A program made the position numbers and the translations under genes. From contig OZ076409.1 of the NCBI GenBank assembly GCA_964187785.1, positions 34,412,001-34,476,000 of the forward strand: a DNA stretch of 64,000 bases. Direction: 5' to 3'. This stretch comes from Amphiscolops sp. MND2022. Lineage: Eukaryota. The notes under the pieces were generated by a model, which was not told the origin of the DNA, ran no database searches, and saw only the letters and a list, made by a program, of their open reading frames with translations. Positions 25,001 through 39,200 of the stretch are shown here, in pieces (position 1 is the stretch's first letter; each line of letters opens with the position of its first letter).

Positions 25001-26346
25001 AATATTCTCGGAGGCTTCAGAAAACAATCAGCTGCGCAGGCATTGCCGGAAGCTGATAAACTAGAAAAACTAAAACTAACAATAGACTGCAGCTTTTTGG
25101 TGTTGTCAGAGTAGCTCCGATGATGTCCATGCTTCGAGGACGAAGAGACAGAACTCTCGGATTGGAGAAAATCATGGTTAACTCCGCCAATAGTAGCATT
25201 GGCATCGAGAGATCCAGAATTTGAGAGCTCCAATTCGTTAACTATTTCCTCCGATTGGCCCGTCACAAAGGAACCTTCTTGGTTAGACGATTCAGAATTC
25301 TGTGAAGAACATTTGTCACGAATAGGGTGATTTATGTCGAACTTTTCGAAGAGGGGTATCAAATCGGGTGCTCCATGCTGCTGGTTCGAAGAGCCAAGTT
25401 GATGGAAAACTTCATCTCTAGTGTTTTGTATTTTAATCCCTGAGCCAGATGACACTGGAAGGTTCTTTGAAAGTTCTTCGATTCTTGCAAGTCTTTTCTT
25501 GTGACGTTTCCTCTTAGACCTGGAACTAATACTGTCTGAATCAGACCTTGATAAATCGGGTTTGACAATTGGCAACATTTCACCTTCTAGAGGATCGACA
25601 TTCAACGGAGCTCCATTGCTATCGGCTACAACAGCACGTCCAAACTCCAAATCAGAATTGTCAATTTTTAAAGCAAAGTAAATATTATGTAAACTTGAGA
25701 TGGCTTCTGTCATGGTCGTAGTTTTTTCCGTGTCGAGAAAGAAAGCATGAGGGTCATAGTACTGCTTAATCATACTGCTATCAGCTAATATCATTAGAAG
25801 ATACTTGTCCAAATTATGCTCATTTAGACATTCCCTGATCCAAGCTCGGCCCCTGGCGTAATCCGTTTTGACGTTTTTCAAAGCTGCAAATCTCAACAGT
25901 TCATCTTTGTTGAGAAAGTTTTTCACAAAGTTCCAAAAAACGATATCAGTGGCAAGATCTGGCTTCATATGATTCAGATTGAAACCACTGAACTCGGTTA
26001 TCTGTCTGAAAGCTCCATCAATTACTGCTTTTGTGAGTTTTTGTTTGAGCCCGTGATGAAATATACGTTCCAAGCGCATGAGAAGGATAGAAACTGTTGT
26101 ATCTGTGTCGGCAGCCAGTTGAGATTTGCCTCCGAAGGTCGTTTGACATTGTTTCACAGCTTCGATAGCATTGGAGAATAGTTGTTCACGCTCCTGCTCC
26201 AAGTAACACGAGTAAGAGGAGGATACAGTAACATTCCCAACTGGCGAGTCTCGAGCCGTTTTGATGGTCGAAGCACTTGCCACAGCCATACTAGGCTTCA
26301 CAACATAGTAACCCACAGTTCCATTCAGCTTCTGAAAAAATGACAT
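22056..26346 (-). CDS. SNX29: Sorting nexin-29-like protein (RUN domain, coiled coil, C-terminal PX domain), about 792 aa
   Basis: Exons 24985-26346, 24155-24343, 23202-23379, 22795-23034, 22056-22465 with consistent phases. RUN motifs: AVKQCQ..FGGK, LERIFHHGL, KTDYARGRAWIRECLNE. Coiled coil: MMKRKDEFE, LHAELLELNEQLQ. PX: VNIWIPS.FL...WKVFKRY..F...H...PPKKTVGNKDAKFIEERKRGLQ.YL. The exon 1 donor (GTGTGA) is the least certain boundary. Confidence 0.92.
24446..24908 (-). mobile_element. DINE/HINE-like Helentron copy in SNX29 intron 1
   Basis: Complete termini, including the AGTCGACTCTTTTC-TTAA-GAAAAGCGCCGACT hairpin. Confidence 0.78.
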
Positions 26347-26555
26347 GACCTCGAATGACTCGTTGCAACGTAGCGCGTAAACGCAAAAATTAAAGTTGTA
26401 ACAGACGCTGAATTACTTGCATCAACTAATAGAACAAAACATGAAATGTTTCAGTTGGTTAGACCATCAAAATTATCGGATGCGAAATATCTTTTTTCTG
26501 AAACTGATACTAGTTTGAATTAAAGGGAAAGTCCGACAGAAGTATTAAAACACTT

Positions 26556-26561
26556 TTTATT
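26556..26561 (-). promoter_or_regulatory. Candidate polyadenylation signal (AATAAA) for RRM2
   Basis: TTTATT on the plus strand about 410 nt past the RRM2 stop codon and about 210 nt before the SNX29 ATG. Confidence 0.4.
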
Positions 26562-26971
26562 CAGAAATAAATTAAATGATAAATAATGGATGAGATGAAA
26601 GTCACTAATCTCAGATCAAGAGAAAAATAACTAAGAACCAACATAAAACCTTTTAAATCTATAACAATTTATAGAAATTCAGAAACAAAATTAAACTTGA
26701 GGTAGCAAATGAATGAAAAAGCAATTTCGGTGCAGCAGTAAATTCTCATCAATTTTCAAGTTAATGAAAAATCAGTCAAGTCATTGAAGTATGCAAAAAA
26801 TAGAGTAGTTTTTCATGTCATCAGACGGATCTTTTCTCAGAATTCAGCTGAAAAAGATTTCCTGTTTCTTCCAAACCATTGAAAATATGAACGGTTGGCT
26901 GCACACGAATACTGCAATGAATTGATGGATAAAATTGCATCATTTGAGGTAAAACGTTTTAATACCGGAGC

Positions 26972-27265
26972 TCAAAACTCCAAGTCTGTTCTAAAAACAA
27001 AACTAGTATAATCAGGTTTTTGAGGCGAAGAAAAGGATGACTTGTTGCTATACCCAGCTCTGTGATACTCGCCCACTTGTCTCTCAAAGAAGTTGGCTTT
27101 TCCCTCCATCGAAATCATTTCCATAAAAGGAAAAGGGTTGGTAGTGCCAAAAATTTTAGAGTAGCTCAAATCCAAGCACAGTTTGTCGGCAACAAACTCG
27201 ATGTATTGATTCATGAGGTTCGAGTTCATACCCAGAAGACCATTCGGCAATGCTTTCAACCAAAA
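26972..27265 (-). CDS. RRM2: RRM2 terminal coding exon 9
   Basis: ttgcag acceptor, then [14 protein letters not shown]...YIEFVADKL...[25 protein letters not shown]...RTDLEF*. Confidence 0.95.
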   Translation of the reverse strand, partial: FWLKALPNGLLGMNSNLMNQYIEFVADKLCLDLSYSKIFGTTNPFPFMEMISMEGKANFFERQVGEYHRAGYSNKSSFSSPQKPDYTSFVFRTDLEF

Positions 27266-30200
27266 CTGCAATAAAATTAACATGGATGAAATAATGGACA
27301 GCAGTTTTATCAAGCCGGGGTTGTTAAAATTCGATTAAGTCGAATTATTCGGAATAAAACTGGACAGTATGAATTTACTAAAGTTTGCGATTTTACTCTG
27401 CACCTCTTAATGAACTTTTTCTTGACCAAATGATGTTTTTTGAGCTTCTGAGATAATAGGCCAAGATTGGCTATTTACATCTCACGGAAAGATAGCAATT
27501 TTCCGAATTGCGAAAAAGATAAAAATAATGCAAAATTTGGCGTGACGCTATGGAATTTCAATGAATTCAATCATCGAATAGTTCAGAATAATTCGTGAAA
27601 GTTTGAATTATTCCTAAACCTAGTATACAGCCAAATAATTCGCACGAAAAACAAAAATCAGGGGAAAATTGGTGGAAAATTGATCACTCTGCTTAAACGA
27701 GGTTCCCATAAGTTAAGATTGAAGAGTCAAGTGACCCGATTCAAAGATCTCCAACTTTTCATCTCCAAATTGAGCTACTGAAAAAAAACTTGGATATGAA
27801 TTTCGAAAATTTGATTACAAAATTCTTCGATTTCGACAAGTTATAACACTCATTGTTATATCCTGTTCGGTTGAAAACGTTTTCCAATATGAGACATAAA
27901 TGAATGGATAATAATCAATATAACGATATTGTAAGGACAAGCGAACGGTCGCTTAGTACGCTACAAAGGGGCAGGAACCTGTAGCAATGAGGGTATCTCC
28001 CGGGGCTGGCGCCCATTCACCACAGATCCATTTTAAATACTTGGAGTGGCGCACCGTAGAAGGTCCCGCCTCAAAGCACGCTCTCTGACCGGGTCTTTTA
28101 TTGCTGCCAGTAACGGGGATATGACTTTCATTTCCTCAGACCACCGCTTAAACAGCCTTTTAATACTGCCAAGATGAAACAGTATAAAATTGCCAGTGAT
28201 TTATGGCGATAGCACCACGTCTGAAATTGCAAATTAGCCATACATCACCATAAGAGAACAATGTACAAAAAAACTCGTCCATACAATAACGGTCAAGGTT
28301 CTCATAAGGATGTAATGACTACAGTAGGTAAAAACATGCTAAAATAGTATTGTCACAAATAAATGATTCTAGCACTCTTTTTCAAAGCCTTCTAGTGCTC
28401 TCCGTCTGCTCCATGTTCTACAATTGTCTCAGATCCTAAGTGGCGTAGATAGCGAAAAGAGCAATCACATGCTACGTCTGTAACGTCTAGCAAGAAGCGT
28501 ACATACTAGAGCTGGGATAAATACTAGGTTGCCTTGACAGACGATAGTTTTACTACAACATACGTTTTCTCCCAAAAGGTGTCTCTAGGAGGAATTTTCT
28601 AGCGTCGAAGAGACTCCTCATTTAGAGCTCCGAAACGACGTGCCGGCACACGCATAATCCTGACACGCCCCACAAGCACGAATAAATAGTTCCTAATGCA
28701 CCTAACACTTCCTACATACTCCCGAGGTCCAAAATGGCAATTAGCTGAAAAACATTATATTGGGTATGATCGATGACAAAATGAGATTTAACAGATCACA
28801 CATTTTTAAATACCTGAAAATACGTACCAAAACATTACTTCAAACTAAGAAACATCAAGGTACAGTCTCAGCGAGTCTTAGGTTCGCCAGTAACTCATGC
28901 AAAAATTCCTCTTCTCCGAGGCTATTCTTCAGGTTGTTGCTAAAAGGGACGTTTTCCGGTATGGGAAGGCACAATACAGTGATTTCAGGGAAGTCTCTTT
29001 GTCTCTGATAGCTTTCGGGATGTTCCCTCTGTGTATTGCTCGTGCACCGTCTTCTTGACTAATTTTGAGTACCAGCAAGTATTTTTTTCTGCGGTGTTAG
29101 AATTTTTCAGAAAGTTCAAACGGGGGCCACCAAACTGGTGGATGTTACATCCTCCCGGGCCGTAGTTTGTCGTCATCGGCAAACGAGAGTGGAAGCTCAT
29201 ATTCCGGTCGTGTATTGGTACTGTAGGAATCAAGAAGTTTTTTTGCAGGCCTATCAGGCTCTCTTAGAATCCTCGCCAGAAAAGGGCTACAGCAACATGA
29301 CATCTAAGAATTCAAAAGTATACCATCATTTTGATGGTAATCGCACCAAAACTCGTAGCACCTTGGAAATGCTTTTACAGACAAGAGTCTAGCGGAAAAC
29401 GTTCGTTTAGTGAAGTCAATCTTGGTTTAAAAAATCTTGGTTTTTTTCGGGACAGAGACTAGCGTGACATTTCAATGACTAGGAAGAAAATGTTGTTGCG
29501 AAATTCTGAATTGCGCTTTCAAAGTAGTTGGATTGGCACCAAGCTGGGACCTACCTAACAGGTAGTGATTACATTGTAGAAGAAAATGAGTAACAAACAA
29601 AATCAGCACCAAATGCAATAGTGATAAGCCACTTGAACAAAATCTGGCGTCATGGAAGTAGCACCTGCGGGGGAATCTTGTGGAGGATCAACTCCACAAC
29701 TTCGCTCGTACAAACAAAGTTACAAAATGCTCTACAAATCCACCGAAAAGTGGAACCTCTCGGAAGAGTCGGAACATGGTGCATCCTCCATTTCCATCTC
29801 GTACATGGCTGATAACACAGAAACAAGCCTTGAAACGCCTGTTATAACGAGTGTAACCACTTTCTAGGGACTCGCTAGGCCATTTCAGAGGTACCCGCTG
29901 ATGGGAACCTGCAATTTCTGAAAATTCCTGTCAACAAACACCTACCATCATACCAAGGTGTACCCTTTGGAACGAAAAAGTGACAAAAAAGGTCGCACAG
30001 GGTCAAACAAGCCGAAAACGGCCCAAGTCGGCGCCATATCTAAGGCTCAAAAATAGCAGAAGGACTTCAAAGTGTCAAGTATTCTCTTCTACAGTATCCG
30101 CATGAAGAAAAAATTGAAAAGAAATCCGAATTTTCAAAATTTTTTAAAGCCTCCGGTAAGTCGCATAGTGCCGAAAAGTGTAAAAGGGGGACCCTTCGGG

Positions 30201-33200
30201 ATTTTTTAAACATCCATTCTGTTGCAAAATATATAAAATTAAAGGCGGGACCCTTCGGAGACATTAAAAAAATTGCGGAAAAAGGCTCACAAAGCCGAAA
30301 TATTAGTCAAGGGCGAGACTCGAACCCACGTCCTTCTGCTAAGCAGACCTCAAAAAATCCTAATTAACATCTATGCCAAGTGGCAGTAGAAGTTACATTC
30401 GTGTGGCAGGTATTGGAAGCCAGCTTATAAAGCTTATAAAATCTGTCTCTTAGTTGGTCTTAAAAAAAGAAAAGTCACTATATAGTCTGCGTTTTCTACG
30501 AAAAGCGCCGACTAAAAACGCAAAATGCTCCTTTTTTATGATTCAGTTTGTTGCAGAAAAACAAAACCCAAGGCGGGGACCCTTTGGAGACATTAGGAAA
30601 CAGGAAAAGTCTTACAATGCCGAAAAAACAGTAAAACCAGAGTTGCCTAGTAGCTAGATGGCTTTCTAGTAAGGTCGCAAGGCCAAGAGAAATTCTGTAA
30701 AGAGTGGACCTTCTAGTGTGAGTACTAGGGTCTGGATAAAAAAGTCGCCGACGTCGGGTAATTTTTGTTTAAACGTATTGAAAATTATAACAAGCCGGGA
30801 CCGGCCCAAGTCGGCGCCATATCCATGGCTCAAAAATACCAAAAAGACTTCCAAGTGTCAAGTATTCTCTTTTACAGTACTCGAAAATCAAAAAATTTTC
30901 GAACAAATTACATACTCAAAAAAATGGACCGAGTGGCGCGCCGGGGCCCGCTAGCGCGAGCCCCTGGCGCGCTAAAAGGGGAACACTTCCGAAATTGTCA
31001 ACATTTTTTTCGCAGTTGAAGGGGGAACCCTTTGGAGAAAAAACAAATTTTCGGAAAATCTCACAGTGCCGGAAAAAACTGAAAGGGGGGACCCTTTGGG
31101 ATTTTCCAGCATCCATTCTGTCGCAAAACAGCAAAAAAAATGAAGGGGGGACCCTTCGAGGAAAAAAAATTTCCGGAAAAAAAGTCTCGCAGTGCCGAAA
31201 AAATTGGAAAGGGGGGACCCTTTGGTCTCGCCGGGTATGGTATATTACGCGGGAAAATAGGAAAAACCTTTTTGGTTCAGTTCGCTAGACCAAATAGTGC
31301 AATTTGGTGCAATAATATTTTGTAGAACTTTTAAGAACTATTTTGGTCAGTTCGTGTGGATTGAAAATAAAGCCACTATAATAGTCGCGTTTCACTTCAT
31401 GAAGCGCCGACTAAAAATTGAGAAAATATATTTTTTGGGCAAACTATTTTGAACTACAAATTGCCATCGGCCTTTTATGATGCTCGCCAACTAGATTCAA
31501 CCTATTGTGGAATTTTCAGGCCGGAAGGCATTTAAGGGCCCCTCTTCGACATTTCCGGCATTGTGCAAATATTTCTGGTACAATGCTAATCGAGGGTGCA
31601 ATGCTTTAATAATATTCGGATTTTACTGATCATGGTCATTACGTCATGCTCGTAGCCAGTAACACCTTTAATTTTATTGGGCAACGTCTCATACAATTTT
31701 CGTATTAATAGCAGGTAATATTTTACCCAGAGAGCGACCTCCCCTAGTCAATCAAATAGTATTTCAAAAAACGCGTACTCTCTTCACGACGCCCTATCTA
31801 CGAGAGATGTATTCCACTCATTGGCGCAGAATTCATTAGCCAAACTGTTCTTCCTCCTCTGTTAACCTTGATTTTAACCTTTTGTCTCTTGTCATACCCT
31901 CAATTTTTCTGCTTGTAACCTTAAGCTTTTGGGGTCTTCAACTTCTCGCTTGCTTGAATTAACACACCTAACTCCAAGTCAAGTTTCCTTCTGACCGTTC
32001 TTAGTCCAAGCACTTTGCGAACTCTAACAAATTTATCAGTTCTGCTCTCACAGGCTGACTCGCAAGATTCCCATCGGAAATTAAAAGACCTTGAAACATA
32101 GTATTCAATTTGGTTCATTAAGTCAACTAAGCAAGCCTTAACTTGAGATGGAAGAATAGCTGACAGCACTCTATAGAAGGTAGTGACAAACCCTTTAGAT
32201 AGTCTCTAGGTTTAGATAGCGTTCCGCTCTCTTCACAAATCTACATAGCAACTCGCTATCGTCAAAACTCATGTCTGAACTAGTTGTCTTACTAAAGGGG
32301 ATAGCTTAGTTCTCATAAAGCACCTGAACTCCTTACTAGAAGACTTCACAAGAGAACTCTAGTACTCTTAACTTAGCCGATCGGTTCTATTAATGATAAC
32401 TCCTGAAGACGCTGATTATTTATAAGTTTCAAAAATTTTTCTAGCCGGTACAACTCTTATTAATTGCATTTGTATGATCATACTCAATACACATATTTAT
32501 AGCGATAACCGAACTTTTTCCCAAATCCAGGGATTTCACAAAACCTTCCTGACAAAACTCACCCCTGAGGCAACATTTGCTGAAGTGTAAGGAAGGCAAA
32601 GTGACAAAATTGAAATAGTAGACTTAGATATTTCAAAGTCATAAAGCCAGTGAACCAGGTTAGTTAACTAAGTTGATTGGTTCTTTTAGCTTAGCTCGTC
32701 TAAATCATTTCCTCTCCATGGAGGTATTTAAAGTTCGAGGATATGCAGCAGACATAACTTACCTCTTTCTCGATCGCTACGGCCTCTGTGAAAATTTGCT
32801 TGACAGTCTCTTCTTCAGGTGGATAATTTAAGTGGCCGAAAAGAGTGCACGCAAATTCACAATGCAATCCCTAGAGACACAATCAAACGATGTAACCTCT
32901 ATATAAAACAAAGAAGGGAGGATTGAAAGTAACACCAACCTCATCGCGAGCAATCAGTTCGTTCGAGAAGGTCAATCCGGGTAACAAATTTCTGCAAATA
33001 GAACCGCGTGTTGTTTACGGGCGAAAATTCAAGGTGGGATATCTACAGGCCTTTGCTATTTCATCAGGAAAAAAATGACTGACCTTGATTTGAACCAGAA
33101 AACGGCAGCAAATGCACCAGAGAAAAATATTCCTTCGACGGCAACAAAAGCCACCAGTCGTTCAGCGAAAGACCTCTGAAATACACAAACACAATTTCTA

Positions 33201-36200
33201 AGGTTTCAATATTTTAAATGTTTTCAAGTCTGGAATCAGAACATTTCACGAACAAAAACAATGAATGGATAAAAACGCAACTATCAATTGCAACAGTGAA
33301 CTCACTTCTTTGCTGTCAATCCACTTGAATGCCCAATCGGCTTTACGCTTTATACATTCAACTGAAACAAGGAAACATCAAGTAACCACGAATGTACTGG
33401 ACTCAATTACTGTTAAGAAATGAAACCTAACAACTTACAATTATCAATGGCATGCAGCAATTTATATTTTTCGTCAGCGTCTTCGATGTAGGTATCAATG
33501 AGACAACTGTACATCTCGGCATGGACATTCTAGAAACGATGAAATTCTCTCAGTACTTGCATGGGTTTCCCAAAATTTACTTGAGCTAGAAAAATTAGTA
33601 TCTACTGAATAGGAAATGCCATGGCGATCAAAACCTCATTAGGAAGCAGCGAAAGATAAGTTTGCCAAAAAGCAGAATATTATGTATGAGATTGAGAGAG
33701 GAGAAAAAGAATAAGCTTTCATCCATACTTACTTTCATCCATTGACTAAAAAGACGTTCGATAATTATGAAAAGATGTATATGATTTGCAGAAAATCACT
33801 AATTAATTAGCTTTCTCAAAATTTTGAAACTGCTTCAGAAAATCAATAGTTAAGCCGTAAGACTCCGCGACGCGTAAAACATGTAATTTCCCACAAAAAG
33901 CCTCCAATCAGCTCAGAAACTGTAAAAACAATATCATTTTCCAGGAAATTGCTGAAGCCCCCTGAAAAGGATTCTCAAAACTTCGAAATCTGACAACTAT
34001 GCAACACCTTAACAAGACGGCAACGACTCAGACGGCACCCCGCTTAAAACTTAAGAACCTCAGAGCCTTTTTAACATTACAGTAATGAAGAAAGCGTTCT
34101 CCTACGTGAGCATCACTATCAACCAATGAAATTTGATTCGCGCATTCACTCGAAGTTTAATTCGCAGAAAATTTTGGACAGGTTTTTAGAAAAATTGTCT
34201 CAAAATTTAGATTTTATGGTTTCTACAGATTGTCTAGAATCCAATGGTATATTATTTCTTGTGCCCGAAACTTTCTAAATGAATTAATCACTGTTATTGT
34301 TTGCGAAAAATTTAATACCTAATATTTGATACTTGATACATATGATTTTAACTTTTTGAGATTGATAGTTCTGATTGAAGAGATTAAGCGAAAATGAAAA
34401 ATTGTAGGAAAAGTGAAAATTGAAAATAGTAATGAGCAATAATTTTGCCAATTTTAATAAGGAAAACAAGCCGGAAACGGCCCCAGGCGGCACCCCGCTC
34501 AAGGTTCAAAAGAGCTAAGTGTTAGAAATAAATGAGGTACTCTTCAGACTCGAAAATAGCTTTCTCTGAACCGAAAACATCAGAGAACCTATATGTTGAA
34601 AAATCGACATTTTTCAAATAAGTCGCAGTGTGCCAAAAAATCGTAGGTCTTTTCCAAAGGTGTTGAAAAACTCTCATCAGACCCACAGTAACGACAAAAG
34701 TTTTAAGGACAATGATAGACAAAGGTGGTACCCTTTGGAAGCACCCGGGATAGCTTTCTAGTAAGGTAGGAAGGACTAGAGAAAATCTGTAAAAAGTGAA
34801 AATCTTTCAGTGTTAGGTATGTGGTCTGGCACACTTCTCAGCCCAGCGTTTCCTGAAGCCGCTGAGATAAGTGTCAATTGTAGGATATCCTTGGCCACTG
34901 TTTAATTTGTGCTTTTTCGAAGTAATTTATCATTCGTTCCTCATTATACGTGTTGCTGATGCCAGATAAACAATTAGCGGCTGTTAAAAGACCATAGTCA
35001 CGACAACTCTTTAATTTAATGCATTTATTTTTGGCTTTTTGACATGTTTGTATTTTGTTCTTGCAAATATAACAGCATTTTTTCACGGTCCTTGTAGTGA
35101 CAAAAATGCTTACAAACTGAATTTGTTGAAAGTATTCTTTAAAAGATATTCCATTATTTCAGAGCTTAGAGAATGGCATTTGTTACAAACGATTTTTCAT
35201 TGGCACCAGGACGCTGCTGATTGGTGACTCGTTGATCAAAAGTTTTAACACAAAAGAATGTGATGTTGCGAGTATCACCGGTGGAAGAACTGAAGATATA
35301 TTCAGTTATTCAAGAAGCAATAATCTGGACAGTTACTTTTACGCTATCATTCTCTCCGGTGGTAATGGGCTGAGTGAAACCCGGAAACGAGGAAGCGTCA
35401 ACCTTGAGTCCTGTGGTTTTGAGGAACGAAATTGATCACATAGCAGCATATCTCAGGAGATGGGAACTCGAGTGTCCGTCCTTCGAATTCCGAAAAGAAA
35501 AAACATTACATTTTCCGTTTTCTGTGTACTGGGGTTAGATCAAAAATGTCAAGTGAGAATGTCTGAGCTGAAGACTGTGCTCACTTAGATGACAAATGAG
35601 CGCTGACAACGATTAATAAATACTTCGTGCCCTCAGTAATGATCCAAATTGAAAGTTGGTTGAACTTTAGATCTGTTGATATGAACTTGAGTTGTTGTTG
35701 CTGAATACTTTGAAATTGTTCCATGTTACCTCGCTTCAAACAAGATTGTGAATTACGAATTCCGATGAGCAAACCTGGCAGAGTCTTGGAAATTAGGAAA
35801 TATCACAGGTTCCTTTTGTTGGCTCCTCAAAATGCCGAGTGTAATTGCTATTTTTACAGCTGCATTACTTTGTTCGAATGTAATGGACCCTAAAGGACAA
35901 CAAATGTATCGCTTATGGTAAAACCCAATACAGGTATCTGATGTACAATTCATTCCCGGTGCATATCGAAAGTGTGCGTTTTTGTTCCAATCTGGGGTGA
36001 TGTGAAAGTTTTTGGTAGAAAAATAGCTGAAAAGAGGCAATGTCAGATCAACCAGACCGTGTCGTTAGCTCTGGTGATCCACATGCTCTTTTCGCAGCAC
36101 GTGATGAAGGTTGTCTGAAACGGTCGAGTCAATGTTCAGAGCCTCAAAAATGATATCAAAATTTTTCATCATGAAGATAACACAGAATCTGATCGTGAAT

Positions 36201-39200
36201 GGCGTCAGCGTACCTCAAGGAACACTCTGAACTGTGGAAAAAGGCCCATCAGCCAATGAGACTGTTGTCCTGGCTGACTTCATTGTTTCCGTTCGGCGAA
36301 AGCCCTCCATACACCCGAAACAACTCGATTTCCATAACTGTCATCAAGCAAGTCGGATTTACCGTATCTGTGCCAGGTGACTCATTGCGGAGAATACAGC
36401 TTAAATTGGCGAACGACCCTGAATTAGCGATCAGCATTTCCCACACAAGTAGAAAAAACAGTGTATGGCCTTCTTCAGATTTTGTCATTGCCAGCAGAGC
36501 TATACAACTGCCCAAGTTGATAACTATTAGCGATAAACCATCCATTGACTTCAATCAACTGCATCCTTTCTGCGAAAATTTAATTTTCAACGTTATCAAC
36601 AATTTAACATCGACTGGACACAAGTTATAAAGATGAACAACCTTAAATTCATTCCATTCAGAAAGGAAATTCCTGTTCGTCCGTTTGGATTAGTTTATTT
36701 TGTCAACTTGAACATCAACCGTTAAACACATTTTACGTCGGACAAACGAGCAGAAACCTACAACGTAGCTTGGAACAGAACAGAGGATATGGATCGGAAT
36801 TCACAAAGCGAGAACACCGAAGCGTTGGGCCATTGTTGCATGGATTTGGAACACATCGGCAGCGAAGAACCGTGAGCCTTTCCACAACAGTTCATCGTCC
36901 GTCGATTTTACCACCTATGGTGACTATCATGGAACATGCTTGAAGTGAACTTAATTTGCCTTCCGTTGTTTCCTGTTTGTGGAAAAGTACAGAAAAATTG
37001 AAAGTTGTTTTTGTCGGTTATTGGGATCAAAGAACAACGTCGTATTCATCAACTAGCGTTTACAGGGTGCCGGAGATGTTGGTATCGATGATAAGCGTGA
37101 CACCAAGGAAGTTCCAGACAAAGTGCTTTGGAATCGATGAGTGTGGTTATCTTTTATTCTTTCAAGTTGGCTTCTCCATTTTTCCCCGCTTCCGATATGA
37201 ATTCCATGCCATAACACACTTCTTGCGAGGCACGCGAGCCTTGAAAAGGTGAACTTGCCGAGATTTTTATACATTTGAAAAAAAGTGAACCATTTCATGA
37301 AATGAACTTTCGAACAGTTTCTGTTTTCTAAACTCACTTATTAACCATAGCCAAAGTTACATTCGGGTGTGAAATTTTGGAGGAACTCTATTATAACGTT
37401 TCTTTTTTAGAGGTTTAACCATTTCTTTTCTACCTACAACGCCGATTTACAGGACTTTACACCGACTAACCATTCGATTTTCTAACGCTTGTCATTGGAA
37501 TCCAGTTGTAATTTCGAAATTTTTCATCGAGTACTTTGTTCCCCCAAATTATTTATCGAAGCTTTCTTTGTTCCTTTTTTCAGAGATAAAAAAATAGGCC
37601 CCTCCGGGGCTCAGTACTATTTCTGCTTTAATCTTTATTTTTTTAAAACAAAAAATCATTAATAAAAGAATCATATCTGGAATACCAATACACTCCTGTT
37701 TAATCATTACTTAGAGCACAATTAATCACTGTACAAGTTTACACCGCCTTTAATTCTTCTCGGACTAAAGAAAATATAACTAAGCGTAGACGAAGTTTCG
37801 CATTCGCATTTGAATGCAGGCGAAGCTCTCAACGAACGAATAATTAACACTCATTCGCTTCATCTCAATGACGTCAGCATACGAATGGATAATTACCACT
37901 CGCTCGTTCTATCGCACTAGAATTGAATTGTTGTCGGCAGCTTTCCCACGCTTACACTCACTGCCGAACAAAATATCTGAATTATTCAGTAGGACGAAAT
38001 TTGACGACTGAAAAAAAAAGGACCAACTTTGAGGTTACAATAACATTCCTGCTAAAGCAGAAATATTAAAAAGTAGCATTTGACCTTAAAATGCCAAGAT
38101 AGTTGAAATCCTCGCTGACCTTGACCAAAGCAGGAGGCATAGCCCGCGAACGATTCCACGTGAGACAACAGCACTTTCCTCAGAAAACCCTCCTCGCTTT
38201 AATTATCAAGAAATGGAGCCTCTATACAGTGCGCCATCGTTTGGCAGAAAAACTGACGTTTGTCAAAAGCCAAAAATTTGATGCAAGAAAAACTCGAGTG
38301 TTGGAAATCAGGAAATAACAAAGGTTCCTTCTGTTGGCTCATCGAAACACCGTGCGCTATTTTCAGTGAAAAAAACCGGTGAATCACATTTATTCCAGTA
38401 TCATAGTCAAATGAAACCTGGTTGCAATGCTAAACTGCTGAATGCCAATGTTGTTGATATCATGAGAGCTACCAACACAACCCTTTTTATTCAATAGAGC
38501 CATTTGTACCGTTGGAAAAACTGAATCGTGTAAATGTTAAATTACCTCACTCTTTGGAAAATTCCGAGTTCCGTTACTGCAAGTTAGTGTTTACAACAGT
38601 GACTATACGAGTTTAATTTCTTTGTCAATACAGAGGTAGCTTCTACAGATATCCTCAGTTGTAATGAACACAGAACTCGATTTTCAAGACGGTGGATGCA
38701 TTGATTACTTTCTGTGGTTTTTCGTGAAATACTTATTTTTCTTCAATTCGATCATTTCTCAAAAATACTTACAAAAATTCTTCCTCGTAAATACTTTAGT
38801 TTCAAACATAGTGTCCAAATGACACTGACAGGCTCTTCGAGGCTTCCACTAAACGGGCGATAGCCTTCTGGAGGTCTTTTCTGGCTTTTAAGCTAGATAA
38901 ATTAATTAATTATTATTACTTTCCGCTACAGCTAACTAAATAAAATGTATGTCCTGGCTGTTTTGTGATGGTCAAAGGTGTCTCCAAAACTGCGGATGCC
39001 TCGCTGATTTTTCAAGAAGAATTTGGCAGTGACAGTGTTAGTATCTTGAAGGAATTATGACCTCTAGAAGAAGTGAAGGATGCGTCGTCGACACCGACAG
39101 CTCCTACAGACCTTTTCGTGACAGCAGACAGAGAAGAGATGTCACAGAATGCTACTGATTTCGACCCATTTTGCTGGATGATTTAATTACAAGTAACGCA

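Noticed and set aside
27930..29900. GC-richer, coding-looking segment in RRM2 intron 8 (also 31740-32400)
   Set aside because: The frames I translated are full of stops and I recognised no domain, LTR pair or TSD. It is probably an old TE remnant but cannot be supported.
30718..31325. Clusters of short ORFs with KGGPFG/KGGTLW motifs (also 3848-4160, 5579-5878, 24509-24783, 39811-40182 and copies)
   Set aside because: They are translations of GGGGACCCTTT subrepeats in the non-coding Helentron-like family. They open in several frames and on both strands, and copies do not preserve frame.
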